DNA of 47,098 nucleotides, the filler included, from Catajapyx aquilonaris (lineage: Eukaryota), in NCBI GenBank assembly GCA_000934665.2. It is 2 parts of 2 records of this genome, joined end to end, with 100 filler letters (N's around TTAATTAATTAA, not from the genome) between each part and the next. Parts side by side here need not be neighbours in the genome. Positions count along the whole stretch, not along the records: positions 1 to 29,133 come from JYFJ02006834.1; 1 more part is not named here. One strand, given 5' to 3'. The notes beneath the pieces were generated by a model that was not told the DNA's origin, did no database searches, and saw only the letters and a program-made list of their open reading frames with translations. Numbering within the stretch: position 1 is the stretch's first letter; each line of letters begins with the position of its first letter. Made by a program: the position numbers and the translations under genes. Shown in pieces: positions 1-11,211 of the stretch.

Positions 1-600
1 CGCGATTGCTACTTTCGGCCCAAATCACTGCTTTCGTTAGGATTTCATCGCTGGCGATGCAAATCGCTGATCATTTCGCTCACATGTAAACCCAGCTTCA
101 CTCAAGTTCTACAATAATCAACATTGCATAATTATTCAACAATGAAAACAATAGAACAACGGGCAGGTTGGCAAGAATAATGATTGCAGTACACGCAGGG
201 TATTGTAACAATTAACGGTTGGAGTACTTCGGGGAGTGCCGAGATCAACAATACCGAACAATACAGTACTGTACAGTGCATATCGATAGAACCTGCCACA
301 AGGCACCAGGAAACACAGAGGAAAGAAGAGCAGGTATACGTTCGTGTGTTTGGTCTCAGAAGTGTTGGAGTGATGCCTTCATGTTCAGATTGTGTTATCA
401 TCATTTTTTAAAAAAATTCCGATACAAAATTTTCGAATGTAATTTTAAAACCGGGGTTAATGCGAAACGGCGTAAAATGGAGCGGCGTAAAACGGGTACT
501 TCCCGCATGGGAAATATTTCTTGGCCACTTCACAACCAGCAAACTATCATATAAATTTCCACGTTATCACAATTTTTCAATTTAAAAATTTTATGATGTG

Positions 601-2540
601 TAGTGTCCTGGCTGCCGGTATCCTTTCTGTCGACAGCCGTGAAGTTCCCGGCCAGCCGCCTGGCGGCGCTGCCGGCCTGCGGGACGTACGGCGATGGCGG
701 CAGATGGCGGGCTGCGCTCAAGTGCGATCGGCAATAGGCACATATGGCAACAATAGGCAACAATAGGCGCATAAGGCGACAATAGGCACACAATAGGCAA
801 TAGGCCGGGCGCCGGGACCGGAGAGCCGGGCGGCCCACGATGCTGGCACGGCGGAGGGGAAAATTCCAGGAATATGTCTGCTAGCCCAAAGGCCAGCATC
901 CCAGAGGGATTCGAGGTAATGCCAGGGACAAAGTTGACACTCCAGACTTTCATCTAGAGTGCCCTCCTCCTTTGTTGAAGTAGTAGTTATGACTTATCAC
1001 TACACTCTTCTTGAGATGCTTTCTTACAGTAGTGAATGATTCAAAGTTAAACTGGTTTCCATTCTTGTGTAGGTTCGACAACTTGTCAGTGGCAGGGTGC
1101 ACAGGGGTGCGATTATGATGCAAGGTGAGCCACAGAGGGAACCTACAGTGGGAACAACTCCCACTTACTAACACTGGGTCACCATGGGGTTTACAAAGTA
1201 AGATTCGAAGTATTGAACCCTGCTTTTTCTGCTGCAGCCTTTGGCCAGGCAACACTGGTCCAGCAGTTGTATGCACTGTGGATCCACTAGTGCACTAGTG
1301 CAGGGCAGGGCAGACTTCTGTATGTTCAAAACATTTCTGCTGAAGTGACTGAGGTAAAAGTATGCTGACAAAATAATGGAAATGGAATGAGCCTGGCATA
1401 GGCCTATGCTAATTTTTTTTAAAAAATAGTACGAGGTGTTGGAGTTCTTCAACCAGCAGATGCACCTTTCAGGCGTAGCCACTCAATCCACAGCAACAGA
1501 CAATATATTTATGTTTTGAACATACAGTACCGAAGTCTGCCCTGCCCTGCATTAGTAGATCCCACAGTGCATACAACTGCTGGACCAGTGTTGGCTGGTA
1601 CCTGGCCAACGGCTGCAGCAAAAAAAGCAGGGTTCAATACTTCGAATCTTACTTTGTAAACCCCATGGTGACCCAGTGTTAGTAAGTGGGACTTGTTCCC
1701 ACTCTAGGTTCCCTCTGTGGCTCACCTTGCATAATCGCACCCCTGTGCACCCTGCCACTCACAAGTTGTCGAACCTACACAAGAATGGAAACCAGTTTAA
1801 GCTCTTGGTTTAACCTTGAATCATTCACTACTGTAAGAAAGCATCTCAAGAAGAGTGTAATGATAAGTCATAACTACTACTTCAACAAAGGAGGAGGTGG
1901 AAGAAGAAATCTAAACCCTCCAATTTCAAATTAATAGTAAAGGATAGTAAAAAGGGTGTTGGAAGCAGCCCAAATGCTAGTTATTATTGGGCTCACAATA
2001 CAGGGGTCGAAATATTTGGATGCAAAGGTGCTATTTGCACTCCAAAATATTATTATTGTTATTGCTACTTTGAAGTCTGCACTCCAAACTGAGCCTTGAA
2101 ATGCAAAGTATGCACTCGAGTTGGTCCTGCTTTTTAACATGGCTGAACCCAGTAATTAAAAATAAGTAATAAGTAATAAGGAAGACTCTAGTCTAGGTGA
2201 ACGTCTGGAGTGCAAACTTTGACCCTGGCATTACGTCTGATTCCTCTGGGATGCTGACCTTTGGGCTAGCAGACATCCTGGGCATGTGAAATACTAGAAT
2301 CCCCCCCNAAATACTGGAATCCCCCCCCCCCCGCTGTGCCACTGTGCCAGCAGCGTGGGCCACCCGTGGTCGCCCCTCTGCCTATTGTCACCATCCACTT
2401 GAGCAGCGCGCCTTGCGGGGTCCCTTTGGCCTCCAGCGCCGCCAGGCGGAAGAAAAGTTAACTTCACGGCTGTCGACAGAAAGGATACCGGCGTCCTGGC
2501 TACCAGGTTGTTGTCTGTTGCCCTGGTTGCCAGGACACTG
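601..2540. mobile_element. About 1.9 kb foldback (long inverted repeat) non-autonomous DNA transposon, hAT-like termini
   Basis: Termini TAGTGTCCTGGC / GCCAGGACACTG. Arms pair in blocks: 601-670 with 2435-2540, 875-960 with 2185-2280, and 963-1335 with 1510-1898. Spacer is about 1335-1510, with an extra unpaired segment 1900-2180. Flanks ATGATGTG / ATGTTGTT may be a decayed 8-bp TSD. Confidence 0.8.
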
Positions 2541-3519
2541 ATGTTGTTGATGTTGTGATAAATGTTAGTTCTTATTCGATCGTCCTCCTGGACGGATGTG
2601 TTGTAGTTCGTGTCCCAAATAGAGTGCCATAGTGGCTCGTAAACCTTGCCCGTGTGTTCCTGAGTTATTATTTTGTGGAGTCTCTGACGGATTCATCGTG
2701 GGGCACTACAGATGTCATTTTCAAACCGGCGTTAATGTAGAACGGCGTAAAATGGAGTGGTGTAAAACTGGTACCTACTGTATTATTTTGATAATTGGAC
2801 GGTGTTATGCAATAATGCGTCAACCCACGCGAGACCAGTTTTGAGAAAAAGGGCTTTGAAGGTCATACCTGTGAAATTAATTCGGTGTTCTTTTCGGTCA
2901 TTTATGGCAGAAGTATGCACATTTCACCTGCGTGATTTTAACTGAATGAAGTAGGATTCTTTAGGCCAGAGGCACCTCCAGGGGGTGCGAGGTGGCTTCC
3001 CTGGGGGTGCGAGCAAGGTGAACCTCTGGACTTAATCTAACCAAGAGCTAATAACTGGTCTAACTATGAACGTACACCCCTGGTAAAGGGGGTGCGACAA
3101 GGACCAATATATTATCTACAAAGGGGTGCGGAGGCCCTAAAAGGTTAAGAACCTCTGCTTTAGGTGTATGTTCCTGGGCTTGGCTCAATTTTGACATTTT
3201 TGTGGGTTGACCCATTATTACATAACACTGTCCAATTATCCCTCCACTATCAATCACTTCTGTGTAGGTTGACTGACACCAAGTTCAACATATGTACCAG
3301 ACACTACACACGGGTTTGCTGCTATAAATTAATTAATTAATAACATATTTTGATAATCTACGTATGTAAGGCAATAAAATAATGTTCATTTGTTTGCCCG
3401 TGGTAACAGAATATTGTTGGTGATTACCATAGAAACAGGCCTGTAAATGGTTTCAAATTTTGCACTTCCCCCAATTTTTTTATCCCAATTTTTTAAATGT
3501 CCCCTCCCCCCAATGTATC

Positions 3520-3655
3520 TCCACCTTGCCGTGGTGGTGGGCTTTCGTTTTCTCATGATCCTGAAGAGCTATGCCGGCGGTAGTTTCGTCTACTGGTAGG
3601 GCCGCCCAAGTTGGACAGGTCTTTGGGATAGGAGACAGACTAAGAGAGATACCAG
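3520..3655 (+). mobile_element. RTE-clade LINE 5' UTR-like segment (Bov-A-like domain), no ORF following
   Basis: The motif order CCTTG..CATGA..GAGCTATGCC..GTAGGGCCGCCCAAG..GGACAGGTC..GGAG..GAC matches my recollection of the RTE-BovB/Bov-A 5' UTR pattern. Internal hairpin CGGTAG-tttcgt-CTACTG. Confidence 0.55.
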
Positions 3656-3885
3656 CAGTCTTTCCTCTCTTCTTTTCGTTCCTCTTTGTTTCTCTCTCCA
3701 TCTGTCCCACCTTTTTGTATTCTGATAACCACATAGCCATAGTTGCGTGGCTCTTTATTACGCAAACTAACCAGAATTTTTACACCCTTCCAGTGCCTAC
3801 ATATGCAAGGGAATGAGCAGTTTTGCATTTAATATTGCTTGAGATCTAAGAAGATTTCGGTGTAATTATCCACGCTCTTTTTTTC

Positions 3886-3914
3886 CCCGTGCGAAGAACG
3901 GGTACCGCTGCTAG
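3886..3914 (+). mobile_element. Helitron 3' end (hairpin + CTAG|T)
   Basis: CCCGTgcgaagaACGGG hairpin followed 8 nt later by CTAG|T. Same architecture as 23370-23396 and the ends at 27305 and 30125. Confidence 0.55.
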
Positions 3915-4179
3915 TTATATATAAATATTGCAATAGAGTACAGAGAAGACGAATTCAATGTGAGGGAAGCTACAAGGCTTGCGCGGTACGCAAGATTTCT
4001 GAATAGGCCTACTTGATTCAATTTCGGTTCGTAGGGTCGGTTCGGTTTGTAGGGTTTTATAGAGATTTAATATAGTCCTATAGTTATTTTAGACTCTGTT
4101 TAATGACCTTGGTGGAGTCCTGGCCATCTTGCGTACCGAGCAAACCAAGTAGTTTTCCTTATCTTTATAATTGGTCTTA

Positions 4180-4326
4180 GGGCTGTTTTCTCGAACAGTG
4201 GTTCAAATGTAAACCCAGTTCAAAGCCGGTTTAAACCCTTGACAACAGCCTAACAACAATCAAATCAGGGATTAAACTGGCGTTGAACCCGGTTTACATT
4301 TGAACCACTGTTCGAGAAAACGGCCC
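4180..4326. mobile_element. PIF/Harbinger-type palindromic MITE (147 bp)
   Basis: About 59-bp inverted arms starting GGGCTGTTTTCTCGAACAGTGG, flanked by TTA on both sides (4177-4179, 4327-4329). Confidence 0.8.
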
Positions 4327-4875
4327 TTAATGATAGATTTCATTCCGTGTCATGCAAATTGTGTATTTATTTATATATAATATATAATATAAGTTATATT
4401 ATTTATAAGCATATATCATTTGTTTCACAGGGTAATTAAAATTAAATATTAAGCTACCAGAAGTACCTTCTAGTCTGATTTTCCGCCATGTTAGGGGCGC
4501 CATGTTGGGTTTAAGTAGGTTTTGACCGCGGATTTGAAATCGGCAACTTCTGAACCCCCCCATGCAAAATCTCAAGCGGATACACCAAAAATCTAGGTTA
4601 TGGCCAGGATTTTCACGTTTGGTACTACTGTGCCCCGTTTTAACTCCGTCTTCGCAATCCACCCTTTGGTTTTTTGACTACCCCGAGGTCAAATCGAAGA
4701 CAAAATGAATTGTCATTATGAGTTACGAGTGATCTAAGGAACATGGAAATAGTGATGAAATATATTCCATGGACAAATATCGTGTTGCATAGTGTTATCC
4801 ATATTACCTTATGATTATCATGAGAATTCCTACTATTACATACTTATGATTACCAGGATTACCAAAGGAAGTGTA

Positions 4876-5559
4876 CAGGGTGTCCCACTACATCCCGAAC
4901 CGGCAAAATGGCGCATAACTGGTAAACCACTTCATGTAGGGCGATGAAATTTTACGGGGACATAGCTTGATTCATGAGAAAAACCGGCTGCAGCTGTTTT
5001 TCACGACGTCGCATTGTTGGACCCGTATTATTCAATTCACCAGTGACATCCGACGTGTACCTCCAGATTTTCGACACTTTCGTGCAGCAGTTGGACGATG
5101 AAGAACTCACATTGGGCTACTTTCACCAGGACGGAGCAACATGCCACACATCGAGGGTCAGCATGGCCGTCATCAATTCCTTCTTCCCAGGCCGAGTCAT
5201 TTCCAAGGAAATTTGGCCATCACGATTACCCGACTTAACTCCACCGGATTATTTCCTGTGGGGTTACCTAAAAGGACATGTCTACAAAAACAAACCAAGA
5301 ACTATCCCAGCACTGCAGGAAAATATCCGTTCCGCAATTCAGGGGATAACGCCCGAGATGCTGGCCTGCACTTTCGCGAACATGGAGCGTCGTGTTCAGA
5401 CCTGCTTGGACGCAAACGGGGGCCAGTTTCAGCATCTTCTATGACAATATGTTACTTTCACAGACCAAGGTATGTACCCGTAAAATTTCATCGCCCTACA
5501 TCAAGTGGTTTACCAGTTGTGCGCCATTTTCCCGGTTCGAGAGGTAGTGGGACACCCTG
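4876..5559 (+). mobile_element. Internally deleted Tc1/mariner element with about 90-100 bp TIRs
   Basis: TA|CAGGGTGTCCCACTAC ... GTAGTGGGACACCCTG|TA. Carries the C-terminal half of a transposase. Confidence 0.92.
4974..5444 (+). pseudogene. Tc1/mariner transposase C-terminal fragment (rosa/DD41D-related, D38D spacing)
   Basis: ORF contains FHQDGATCH ... WPSRLPDLTPPDYFLWGYLK ... GGQFQHLL. The DNA-binding domain and first catalytic Asp are missing. Confidence 0.88.
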
Positions 5560-5712
5560 TACATTAGATTACCAGAGTGGGTTACCCCTCTAGACCCAAA
5601 CTTAAGATTTGCAAATACTGTATGTCGCAGTAACATATTGTGTAACGTATTGCACTTTTCAGGCTTCTTTATAGCATGAGTAATGTTATTAATAATTTAT
5701 TTTGCACATTAG

Positions 5713-5903
5713 GTAAGCCACATCAATCTGTCTCGATATATGAACATGATCAGAAATGCAGAATTTCATGAAGATTTGGATGTGTCCAGTGCTGTACACA
5801 CTCCTAAAGGCAACATTCATGTTCATTCCCCATATTTGGACATCTCATCGTTCAATCCACTGGTACGATCTGGAACAACAACCAGGCAGTCAGATAAACA
5901 AAG
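5713..5903 (+). CDS. Probable penultimate coding exon of an unidentified host gene
   Basis: Acceptor ttttgcacattAG| and donor AG|GTAAGG. The 191 nt are open in phase 0 to phase 2 (VSHINLSRYMNMIRNAEFHEDLDVSS...RQSDKQ), matching the phase of the exon at 9663. Confidence 0.55.
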
Positions 5904-6235
5904 GTAAGGTTACTCTTTCATGATAATGATAATACTTTATTTTCTTTTTCTTTTTCAATATCAGGGTTAGTGCGACGATAATTTATTATCTGCTTAGATA
6001 TAAGAATATGATGAAAGAAAAATATCCCGAGATAAGTGAAATTAGCATGAGGTCATTTACCAGAAATATGAGGTGAAGTGCCCCAATTTCGTCCTGCGCC
6101 TAATTTCGACCACCATGCTATCTTAGCTGTGAAGTGTTGTAACTTGCCGGAGACAGTGGGAAACTGTCACAAAGACGGAATTGGTGAGCTGGCAACGCTG
6201 GAGATAACATCCGTGAATTGCAGGACCTCGGATAC

Positions 6236-6999
6236 CATGATCTTAGAATGCTCTCTGGTCACTCCCACCCAACGAGATATAAATAGGATAGAGGCTGTAA
6301 AGGTCGACCATCTTTGATGCAATTGGCGGCCATGACACTTCACGGCAAGAACTTTGAAATTGTCGTATTTCTAACCCTGTTCTCCTCTGCGTACACTCCT
6401 GCCTCCTGGCGGGGCTGGGAATAAAAGGCAGTATGGTGAAAGTCACCATTTATTCCCAGCCCCGCCAGGAGGCAGGAGTGTACCAGAGTGTACACAGAGG
6501 AGAACAGGGTTAGAAATACGACAAATTAAAATCCACGCGTGTTCTTGCCGTGAAGTGGCATGGCCGCCAAAGATGCCCGACCTTTACGGCCTCTATCCTA
6601 TTTATATCTCGTTGCTCCCACCCACCCCCTGCCAATGCCGGGGCGTTTTGGAGGGAGTGGGAGGGGGTGCTCTCTTGAGAGCGCCATGAGACATTTCAGA
6701 GCACTGGTATGTGGCGACCCTACCGGACTAGGCTGAACTTTATAGATAGGTACAAAAGGGAAGGGCTACATCATGGCTACATCAAGGGACCCAACATGGT
6801 CGCCGGCGGCCATGTTGGGCCCACATGTAGCGCTTCCCTTTCGTACCTATAAAGTTCAGCCTAGTCCGGTAGGGTCGCCACATACCAGTGCTCTGAAATG
6901 TCTCATGGCGCTCTCAGGTGAGCACCCCCTGCAAAACGCCCCGGCAGGCGATAAGATCATAATGTAGTATAAGTGTCCGGGAGGCATATTAACAAGCTG
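6236..6999. mobile_element. CATG...CTG element with internal about 310-bp hairpin and 8-bp TSD, copy 1
   Basis: TSD TCGGATAC (6228-6235) / TCTGATAC (7000-7007). Hairpin at about 6636-6948. Homologous to 27426-27792. Empty site seen in the host paralogue near 26645. Confidence 0.7.
6270..6614. mobile_element. 345-bp fully palindromic MITE with 8-bp TSD (P- or hAT-like)
   Basis: TIR CAACGAGATATAAATAGGATAGAGG, with arms pairing over about 155 bp. Perfect TSD CTCCCACC at 6262-6269 and 6615-6622. Confidence 0.9.
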
Positions 7000-8635
7000 T
7001 CTGATACCGTTTTTAAGGCATGGTGGAATTCAGTGCATGCTCGTACTTACGATCATTTCCCAGCAGTTGAGTTACATTTTTTAAACAATTATTTTAGCCT
7101 GTAAAGTTGTTTACGGTGTGTATTTGCATGATTTAAAGTAGCAGCATCACGCTACCACCTGTCTATGTGAAGCGGCATGGCAGTCATAATACTGTATAAA
7201 GTTGTCTTGTGCCTAATTTCACCCCCTTAATCATGATCTAATTTCGTCTCTTTCCCCTGGAGAAATTATGAAAAGAAAAATTGGTAGACCACCAGCTTAT
7301 GGAGTATTGTTTACAAATGGAGAATAATTTTGACGGACTTCTGCAGACAGCGGCGTAGCCAGGAAATTAGTAAGGTCACATAACCCCCCCCCCCCCCCCN
7401 CCCCCCCCCGGTTATGTGAGGGAAGAACGAAGAGGCCCGCCGCACAGTGGGCCGGGAAGCGCATTTAGGCGGCCAGCTCATCATTTTATGAAATTCATCG
7501 GATATGCGTGAAAATAGTGTGAATGCACGAGGAATAGTCCAAAGGGACAAGCCTTGAATAAATTAAGCGAATGTGGATCTGAGAAACCTCCATTTTCACT
7601 TCCTGAACTTGTTGTCCCTTCTAATTATCGAGAAAAAATGCAGTTTTCTCTTCTAGTAAACACCTGCTAATTCGAGTCAGATATAGATCCGTGGAGGCAT
7701 GTTTGCCATTATGTAAGTTATTTGAATCATCGTGTTATCGGATTCTCATTGCTTAGGTGGCATAGGTGCACATCTCTCCAACGTTTGTGTGTGGACGCTG
7801 CTCCGCGTCATAAAAGGAACGTAAAAAAATTTAGTAAGAGTTATGCTTCTCCTGAGCTACAAAATTTGTCTAATGTCGTCCACTTTTCTGTCTTGTTGCA
7901 ATCGATCAGTGGTATTGTACCGAACACGAGGCAAGAAAAACTAGCTGCGAATACCTGCGAATCCGCGTTTCCTGGACTCACTTCCGGTGCGAGGCGTTGG
8001 CGCGACGTTCGAACTAGACTCGAGTCTGACTGCTGGCGCCGTCACTGCGCGCTGTACATACATTTGTAACCGCAAATTGACTGCTATGTTAATTTTTGCT
8101 GGATGTTTTTTCATGGTTCCACCACTATTGGTCCACACCGTGATATGGGAACAGCCAACAAGTGCGGCTATTTCCAAAATACTCGCACCCCCACCTCCTG
8201 GCGCCAACTCTCTGTCGAGGTAAAAGTTTCTCAAGTTGCTCCGTTTACCCACACCTGGCAAAAATTGCCTTCTGCTGCGCAGAGGAGAAGTCAACACGTG
8301 TTTTTGGAAGCATTTCGTGACCTGGCTACCACGTGCGGTAAGATAACGCGTCATTGCTCATATCGCGCCAGGTGTTCCTCATCCTGGAAAAATGGGTAGT
8401 CAGGACTCAGGAGTGTCACATTAGGCCAAGGGAGGGTCAAGAGAGAGATAGAACGTGATGCACAGTGGTTACGGCGCTGTTGCGTCCACGTTTCAATGAA
8501 GATCTTGGAAATATTTCACATCCTGCGGCAAGTATGGTCGAAGACTCACAAGGAGCAATTAGATTAATTACTTGCTTGATAAGATCGAAAGGTATGTTAT
8601 TTCACGTTCCAGTAACATTTTAAATCATAGCAGTT

Positions 8636-8893
8636 CACAGTGGGGCAGATTTGTGAAAAGGGGGACAAAAAAAAATTTGGACAGTGAGGGTACAGTGTAA
8701 AAAGTATCATATGACATTATCAGCACCTTTGAGCATCACAAATGAGCAGTAAGTAACCACTGGACTTCGAAACTGGCCAGCTGCCCAAAAAGAGCCAATA
8801 TGTAAAATAAAAAAACTCGAATTTTTTCATAACTATCCAACTAATAGTTATATTGGCTAAATGTCCGCCTTTTCACAAATCCGTCCCACTGTG
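8636..8893. mobile_element. Transib-like MITE (258 bp) with CACAGTG termini
   Basis: About 32-bp imperfect TIRs CACAGTGGGGCAGATTTGTGAAAAGGGGGACA / reverse complement CACAGTGGGACGGATTTGTGAAAAGGCGGACA. No clean 5-bp TSD. Confidence 0.7.
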
Positions 8894-9099
8894 ACAGGCA
8901 GAGTGCTTTAGTCTACAGACGTGTTTGTACAGTAGCGTAATTGAATTTTTAGGTCGAAGAGTGAGGCAATAACAGATGAGGTCAGGAAAAACATACGTTC
9001 GCGGGTCGCCTCCTTGGTTAGCAGATTCAACAAACTGTGGCAAGAAAGCCAGGGGCCACTATGGCGGAGTTGCCAAATCTAACATGTGCTGCATTCTGC

Positions 9100-9582
9100 A
9101 CATTCTGTTAGATATGTCAACCCCGCGAGAGCGCCCTCCAACGGGGTGGGTCATTGTGGCCCCACGTCCAGATATGTTGAGATGTGTTCATAGAACTACC
9201 GTACCGAGTTTCACATTTTTATCACCGAATGCAAGCTCCCAATTCACATGGTCTACGCAGAGAGGTCCGTTGGGTCCGTTAGACCTGACAACCCTGCGAG
9301 TGACCCACAGCGGGGTCAGTCGTCATGCCCCCACATCCAGACATGTTCAGAAGTGTCCAAAGACCAATTGTGGTGAGTTTCATGTCTTTGTCACTGAATA
9401 CAAGGTCCTAAAGGATGCTGCATCAGGTAGTTATGGCAACCTTGCGAAAGTGACCTCCACCGGGGTGAGTCATCATGGCCCCACGTCCAGATATGATCAA
9501 AAGTGTCCAAAGAACGAGTGTACCGAGTTTCATACTTTTGTCACAAAATGCAAAGTTCAACCCCTTAGCACACTGACTATTA
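9100..9582 (+). repeat. Three diverged 150-170 bp tandem units, Helentron/DINE-1(HINE)-like element
   Basis: Motif GCCCCACGTCCAGA...GAGTTTCA...TTTTGTCAC..AATGCAA recurs at about 9159, 9328 and 9478. Ends CCCCTTAGCACACTGACTA, similar to the end of the 13304-14713 array. Confidence 0.6.
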
Positions 9583-9662
9583 ATGCAGCGTTGGTATTAC
9601 GTAGTTTAGGTAGAGTATTTTTTGGAAAGCTTACCATAATATTTTCCCTTGTTTTTGTGCAG

Positions 9663-10206
9663 TCATACATGGCATTCATGGAAGAGGAAGCAACCAAGTG
9701 ACAGTCACCACACTACTCAGAAACTGGAAATCCCACTGGCTGTGCTTCATCCAACCCAAATTGCAATAATCATCCACAATCGCGAGTCAGAAAACAATGA
9801 CCAAATTCCATTGGACACCCCTGTTTGTCAGAACGTGTTAAAGATATTGGAGGAGGCCAGGTATCATCCACAGGAAGAGCCCATTAGAAAGGAAGGACTG
9901 CATAGGCAGTTTGTGAGCATGGATCTGATCACGACCACTCTTGAGGATGAGCCACTGAGCCACGAAGAATCATTATCACCTGCAGTTTCGCAAGCAGAAG
10001 CCAACGACCATGGTGGCTCTTCCTTTAGCACTAGCAGCAGGAGGAGCGTTGACGCTGAGAAGGGGCAATGTGACGAGGCTTCACACCATCAGCTGAGTCC
10101 CCATAATGAACAGAGCATGCAGGCAAGCTTGGCTTCTCCTGAGGACATTTCACTGGAGGTGGATACTGGTCGTGTTGCCTTTAGCTCATACGGCACGACT
10201 GTATGA
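9663..10206 (+). CDS. Probable terminal coding exon of an unidentified host gene; acidic/Ser-rich disordered tail ending YGTTV*
   Basis: Strong acceptor ttttcccttgtttttgtgcAG|. 180 open codons in non-repetitive sequence. The phase-2 start fits exon 5713-5903. Stop TGA at 10204-10206. Confidence 0.65.
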
Positions 10207-10553
10207 CCCATTTCTAGGTATTGCTTTTTCTTCTGCATGTATATGCTAAATGCCACATTCATATATATTTTTTTGTCCTTTGAAAAAGTTATTGGCCACT
10301 AACCACAAGTAACCATGTACCCATAAGATAGCATGTCACTGATGTCAGATAATACAATTAATAGAAACTCTTGACTACTACTGTCCATTTAATAGTCACC
10401 ACAGTTTGGACCCAGTAGTAACTGAAGAATATGACAAAAACTCACCATGGGTGAAATTTTCGTTTTGCTGCTATAATTGTCTGCTAGCAGCCTGCTGTTG
10501 CTAGTCAGGATTCTCCCATAAGCTTTTCATGTGCTGCCATGGTTATCAGTTGT

Positions 10554-10899
10554 CAGGCGCGGATCCAGGGGGGGGGGGGGNCCCGAGCTCCCCCGGAAGA
10601 AAAAAAACGGGAAGAATAGGAAAAAAATGGTGGGTAACTCGCAAAACCCCTCTAGAACAGTGCAAAATTGCACTGTTCTATGGGTTCTTTTCCGTTTTGC
10701 GGTCGCGACCCCAAATTTGGGGTCGCGAGGAAGGGTTGTGACCTTGAACTGGAAAAAATTTCGCCTACGGCGGGCCCTACACCCCCACCCCCAAGAGAAA
10801 TTTCTGCATGCACCACTAACAGCGACAAATGTGGGCCCAAAGACGCATGTCTGAACAGGTCTTTATACCCCCCTGAAAACACTTCTGGATCCGCGCCTG
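10554..10899. mobile_element. hAT-type MITE (346 bp)
   Basis: TIR CAGGCGCGGATCCAG. Perfect 8-bp TSD TCAGTTGT at 10546-10553 and 10900-10907. Confidence 0.92.
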
Positions 10900-11211
10900 T
10901 CAGTTGTTGACACTGGTAGTGCTAAGTTAGCACTGTGACGAGCAGTGTGAGGAGAATTCGACCCCATATTTTTGTATTTTCTTTGCAGAACAGCTATATG
11001 CTTCTTCTTCTTCTCTTCTTCTTCTTCTTCTTCTTCTGCTCCTCCTCCTCCTCCTCCTCCTCCTTATTACAACTGATAAGATTTATGGCCTACTACACTT
11101 AGATTCATTCCCTATTGCACAATCATTTTACTGGCTTCAATACAAGGTGAAGGGATTTTCACGCATAATGGCCAGGTAGACTGATAGTACTCGCAAAACT
11201 AATATATGGTG

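Larger units (their letters stand above)
6078..7290. mobile_element. Non-autonomous DNA element (pogo-like, CCTAATTTCG motifs), copy A, interrupted by a nested insertion
   Basis: 6078-6235 plus 7008-7225 align with 26490-26792 plus 28698-28780 (copy B). Outer boundaries are approximate. Confidence 0.6.

Noticed and set aside
184..333. Possible further upstream exon of the plus-strand gene (phase-0 donor CAG|GTATAC)
   Set aside because: Weak acceptor and donor and no recognisable protein motif; cannot be supported from sequence alone.
7348..8337. Possible hAT element (CAGCGGCGTAGCCAGG ... CCTGGCTACCACGTG)
   Set aside because: The right end matches poorly, there is no TSD, and no transposase motif was recognised inside.
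8976..9701. 241-aa ORF
   Set aside because: It runs through three tandem repeat units and overlaps the better-supported acceptor at 9662 in another frame; judged a chance ORF.
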